A stretch of 64,000 bases of DNA from the human T2T-CHM13v2.0 reference genome, Homo sapiens. The DNA lies in the NCBI RefSeq assembly GCF_009914755.1, contig NC_060937.1; one strand, written 5' to 3'. Made by a program: the position numbers and the translations under genes. Of the stretch, positions 58,421 to 64,000 are shown piece after piece. The notes under the pieces are model-generated. The model was not told the DNA's origin and searched no databases. It saw only the letters and a list, made by a program, of their open reading frames with translations. The first letter of the stretch is position 1. The number at the start of each line of letters is the position of its first letter.

Positions 58421-60219
58421 GAGTATTATCAATAGACTAAATTGCATGCTTCCCAAACAAAATAATAAAAAAATTGCAAAATGTGTTAGTAATTCAAACA
58501 TATAGATATTTTCATCAGCAATAGGAGATACAATAGAGAAAATAGATAAAATGAATCACTAAGCAATTTGAAATTGGATAAATTCCTACAATAAAACCAT
58601 CTTCAGAGTCATTGGTACACAGGCACATAAAAACAAAACCAGAAATAACATAATTTTTTGTCCACAAGAATCACAAAATAAATTGAGTGTATCTGCCTTT
58701 GGGTGATATTTGGGGAGTCAAGCATACACATTTTGTTCATTAAGTTTTAAGTTGACAAGATTTTACTCAGACCCTCAAGAGATCAGAATAACTGAACCAA
58801 GTACTACTTCGCTCCTATATCATTAACAAGGAGAGAGTTGCACAAGCACAGTAGCCATGAACAAAGAGTGTTAATTTATTTTCTGCCAAACTTATTCCCC
58901 ACTTGGCCTGTCTTCAAAGGCGTTAGCTCTCTCTTTTCACTCTTTGTTTTTGTGAATATAACTATTCTATATTTTCTTTTCCCTCAACTTGCTGACTGGC
59001 ATATATTGCAAACATGGTACAGTACTTATGTCTGAAAGATTAACTGACCTGCTTTCTGAGATTTTTTTTTTTTTACAAATTATTTGCCATCTGTAAATTA
59101 GTCTTTAGATAATTAATGTCAATGGTCATATTTTAATATATTCAATTACTGTCTTCATTTTTTACATATTTTCAGTATACATAAAGTATAAGATTTCCTC
59201 TCTTCATATGTCTCTGCTTTAAACATGATTCTTTAAACATTTCAGACTTAAAAGGCTGCTAAATGTAGTCAGATAGTAAAGTTCTAGTGAGGATTCTTGT
59301 ATTTTATTTGTAATCTGCCCACTAAATCCATTGCTTTTCATTCACTATATATCTGTGATTCTTTATTTCAAAGACAACATGCCCTTTTTATATGGACCCA
59401 TTTCACCAGTGTACACATAACTGTGTGGAATGTAAGAAAATAATCAGTACTTCCAATTCAGTCATAGAACAATTCACTGTTAATACTATAAAGATGTTAA
59501 GAATTTACTTATTCCCAGTCCACACAATGCATCATTCATAGAATCCAAACAAATACTTGAGTGAGAAAATGAATAAATAAATCAGAACATTCTTTACTAA
59601 ATAAAATGTATCAGATTTATTTCATCACATTAATATTTAACAAAACAATGAGATCAATTCACCAAAACTTTTCTTTTTTTTTTTTTTTTTGCCTTCTGGA
59701 AGCTTTGTGAAGTTTAAGTTCAGTTCTGTTGGAAAGTTAAAGCAATGCAGAAAACATCTCTATTCAGATAGTATACAAACCCTGTGTTTGTTGAAGAGAT
59801 TTTAATGTCAAGTAAGAAGCAATGATAAAAGGCTATATCAATGCAACAGGAAAAGATGACAGAGAATAGTAGCCAAGAAGAAGGCAAAAGAATTGAAGCA
59901 AAAACAAGATGCATGGTTTCAGGACATTATTAAAGTAAATAAAACCTTGCTTCAATTCTTCTACTTTGTCATAAACCTACAATGCCTACCTAAAGGATGG
60001 CCATATAAGGCATATTAATATAGGTTTATGCATTTAGGTGACTTCTTATCAGCAAGGGTATTATTAACACTTGTTGTTGAAAATTAATATTCAAGCTGTC
60101 TAATATAGTGGATTCAACATCAACTTATTTTATTTGGGTATAGATGTAATGCAAATATATCTATATGTATTCTCATACACACACACATGCACACACAGAC
60201 ACACACACATTAGTAAAAG

Positions 60220-63200
60220 CTTTAATAATAGCTTTATGAGGTAACTCATGTACCTAACAATTTACCCTACTAAATTGTAAAATTACTTTTAGTATATTAA
60301 CAGAGCTGTCCAACAAGTAGCATGATCTAATTTTAGAAAAAATTTATCACCCTTGCACAACTCCTTGTACCATGAACAGTTACGTCCTGTTGCCCTCCTC
60401 CCCAGTCCCTGGCAACTTCAAGTCTACTTATTGTCTGTATGGATTTGCCTATTCCAGACACTCCATATAAATGAAATCATACAATATGTGATCCTTTGCA
60501 ATTGGCTCCTTCCATTTAGCATAAAGTTTTCAAGATCCATTCATGTTGTAGCATGTATCAAAACTTCCTTCTTTTTATAATTATATAATATTCTCTTGTA
60601 TGGATATATCACATTTTGTTTTTCCATCTGTTGATTGACGTTTTACTTTTTTGCTATTCTGAATAATGCTTCTATGGCCATTTATGTACAAGTTTGTATT
60701 TGGACATATGTCTTCATTTATCTTTAACACATACAGAGGAGTAGAATTTCTAGGTTATACAGTAACTACATGTTGGAACTTTTGGGGAACTACCAGACTG
60801 TTTTTAAGGGGCTGAACCTACCTGCAATATTACAGTTTCTTCATAAATTTCTCAATGCTTGGTATTTTCTGTTTATTTTGATTATAGCCATCCTATTTGG
60901 TATTAAATGGTATCTCACCATGGTTTTGATATGTATTTCTCTGATGGCTAATGATATTAAGCATATTCGTATGTATTTAGCTGTTTGCACATTGTCTTTG
61001 GAGAAAGACCTATTCAGAGTCTCTGCTGATTGGATTATATATTTTTGAGTTGTAAGTTCTTTATAGATTCTAGATACAAGTTTCTTATCAGCTATATTAT
61101 TTACAGATATTTTTTCCCACTCTCTAGTCTGAGGTTTAACTTTCTTGATGGTGTCTTATGAGGCAATGGTTGTGCATTTTTTTTGTCTCTTTTGTCACTT
61201 CTACTTTATATCTAAGAAACCCTTGCCTAATTCAAAGTCATGAAGATACACTCCTTTGTTTTCTTCTAAAATTTCTGTAGGTTTAGCTCACATAAAATTA
61301 TTTGAATCATTTTGAGATAATTTTTGTGTTCAGTGTGAGGAAGGGGTCCAACTTCTTTCTTTTGAATGTAGAGATTCATTTCTCTCAATATCATTTGTAT
61401 TGGTTTTTAAAAAACTCATTGACTTGTCTTGTAAATTCTCTATAATAAAGTGGTTGGCTGGTGTTTGTTCTTGGACTCTGAGAGGTAGCCTTTAAATACT
61501 TAGAATTTCCTGAATGACAGAGGCATCTGTTATTCCTGGTAAATCCTATTAATTTATGCTAATTAGGTGACTCAGGATGGGAATTGTCTACACCAGAAAG
61601 ACCAGTGAGGTGAAGACAGTCTTGTGGAAGATTCTGGCCTTAACCTGTGAAATTTAGCTTAACTCCAGGAAGTTAGTATTGGAAGTCATTGCACACCCTT
61701 GTCAAAAATTACTTGACCATAAATATCGCTGTTAATTTGTCAACTTTTATTAATATTTCATTAATTTACTTTCCTTTCCATATGCAAGTACTATGCTTTC
61801 TTGGTTATTGTAGCTCTTTATAAGTTTTGAAATACAATAGCATGAGTCATCCAAACTTTCACTTCTTTTTCAATAATGTTTTGTCTATTCTGAGCCCCAT
61901 AAATTTTCATATGGATTTGAGGTTTAGCATTGCAATCACTGCAGATAAAAACAGCTGGGATCTGATACATATTGTAATAAATCTATGAATTAATTTGAGG
62001 TGAATTAAAAACTTCACAATATTGTCTCCTTATCCAAAAACTTAGGATGTCTCTCCATTTATTTACATCTTTTAAAAGATGTTAATTTTCTTTTGTTAAA
62101 TTATTTCTGTTGTTAAATTTGTGTGTTTTTTTGATAAATTTGTTCTTAAATATTTTATTCATTTTTTCTGCTATTGTAAATACAATTGTTGTTCTAATTT
62201 TATTTTCAGATTATTGATTTCTGCAGTAAGGAAATACGGGTTTTTAAAAAAGAAATTATCAGTTAGATGATCTGAAGCAGAGAATTTCTTTGTTGGAAGT
62301 TTTAAAATTTCTAATTTAATCTTTTTCATTTTTAATTGATGTATTTAGATTTTCTATATCTTCTTGAATCAGGTTGGTAGTTTATTTCTTCTAGAAATGT
62401 GTCTATTTAATCTAACTTTTATCATTTATTGGCATAGATATGTTTGTAGTATTCCCTTATAATGTTTTTTGAATTGTTGTGTGTTCTGCTGTTTTTCCCC
62501 TATTTCATTCATGGCTTTATTCATTTAAGTTATTTTTTCTTTTTTTCCTTTCATTTATCTAGCTAGAGGTTTTCCTTTATTGTTTATCTTTTTGAGAAAC
62601 CAAGTTTTGTTTTTCAATTTTCTCATTGCTTCTCTATTGATTATTTCATTTACTTCTACTACATTCTTTATTTTCTTCTTCTTTATGTTTATTTTGACTT
62701 ATTTTGCTCTTTGTAATTCAGTGACTTAAGGTCGAAGGTTAGGTTACTAATTTGAGATACTTCATCTTTCTTAATATCGGCATTTACGCTCCATTTTTCC
62801 TCTAAGTGCTTTTCTAGCCATACCCCATAAGTTTTAATACATTGTCCTTTTATTTTATTCATTATAAAATATTTTCCAATTATTTTGTTTTTGCATTTTT
62901 CTTTGACTGAATTGTTTTCTGGGATTACATTATTTAGTTTTCATGTTCATAAATTTTTCATATTTCCTTCTGTTATTAATTTATACTTTGATTCCATTGT
63001 TGGAGAATTTATTTTGTGTAGTTAAAATCCTCTTAAATGTATTGGGGCTTGTTTTGTGGCCTAGCATGTGGTATTCTGGAGAATAATACATGTGCTTTAG
63101 GAAAATGTTCATTATACTATTGTTGGGTGGCATGTCCTATAGATGTTAGTCATGCTTATTTAATTTATAATGTTGTAAAAGTTTCCTATGTCTATGTCTG

Positions 63201-63655
63201 TTTGGATTGTCTGCCTAGCTCCTCATCTATTTTTAAAAGTAGAACATTGAAATCTCAAGTTCTTTCTGTTGAATTTTCTATTTTACTCTTCAATAATTTT
63301 AGTTTTTATTTTATACATTTGGGACTCTTGTTAAATGCACGTGTTTATAAATGGTATTTCTTCCTAATGGATTGACATATATTACCATTATAAATTGTAT
63401 TTATTTGACTCTAGTCACAATTTTTGATATAAAGACTATTTGTCTAATATTAAGATAATATCTCCAATTATTTTGGTTCTTGTGTAGTACCTCTTTTCTC
63501 ACTTTTAATCTATTTATATCTTTTAATCTAATGTGCATCTGTTCTAGAAAGTACATAGTTAGATCATAACCTTTAAAATTAAATCTGCAAATTTCTGCCC
63601 TTTTGTTGGATTATTTCATTCAGTTACATTTAATGCAATTACCAATAAGTTGTGC
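60220..63655 (-). mobile_element. Old L1M (L1MB/MC-like) 3' UTR and ORF2 remnant
   Basis: 'tctgtatggatttgcctattccagacactccatataaatgaaatcatacaatatgtg', 'ggtatctcaccatggttttgatatgtatttctctgatggctaatga', and further ORF2-like T-rich blocks to ~63650. Confidence 0.85.
61396..61692 (+). mobile_element. MER21C-like LTR fragment inserted in L1M
   Basis: 'gaatttcctgaatgacag...tttatgctaattaggtgactcaggatggg...caccagaaagacca' and 'ccttaacctgtg...taactccagg'. Confidence 0.65.
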
Positions 63656-63661
63656 TTTATA

Positions 63662-63995
63662 CAGCAACCCTTTAACAACATGGGTTTGAACTAAATGGAT
63701 CCTCTTATACATGGATTTTCTTTTAGCTTTGCCACCGCTGAGATAGCAAGACCAACCTTGCTTCCTCCTCCTCCTCCACAGCCTACTCAATGTAAAGATG
63801 ACAAGGATGAAGACCTTTGCAATGATCCACTTCCACTCAATGAATAGTGAATAAATTTTATATTCCTAATGATTTTCTTAATAACATGGTTTTTCTCTAA
63901 CTTATTTTATTCTAAGAATGCAGTGTATATACATATAACATTCCAAATATGTGTTAATCAACTTTACATTCTTGTTAAGGGTTCTGGTAAACAGT
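63662..63995 (+). mobile_element. Tigger2/Tigger2a (TcMar DNA transposon) fragment
   Basis: TA|'cagcaaccctttaacaacatgggtttgaact' TIR and 'cagcctactcaatgtaaagatgacaaggatgaagacctt...atgatccacttccact'. Confidence 0.88.
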
Positions 63996-64000
63996 GTGCT

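Overview
AT-rich, CpG-poor primate genomic DNA (human/great-ape-like: AluY, L1PA2-type LINE-1, THE1/MLT1 LTRs), with no recognisable host protein-coding exon, RNA gene or CRISPR array. It looks like gene desert or deep intron. The only long ORFs are fragments of a full-length but inactivated ~6 kb L1 (about 3887-9979; ORF1 has a frameshift and a stop, ORF2 has a stop and a frameshift). The rest is layered transposon fossils: ERVL internal/LTR, L2, MIR, L1M, MaLR LTRs, MER57, MER44, Tigger2 and about 10 Alus, several nested. Repeat family calls come from recall of consensus sequences, not a database search. The most notable non-catalogue structure is a set of inverted repeats. These include a perfect 96-bp palindrome (44-bp arms, 39289-39384), two unrelated ~105-120 bp hairpins that share an 'arm / partial duplicate arm / inverted arm' architecture (13700-13804, 41392-41513), and nested palindromes inserted in an L1MA tail. 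I also see a likely 14-bp 3' transduction on the full-length L1 and an ancient twin-primed (5'-inverted) L1M. I found no evidence for a new protein-based system.
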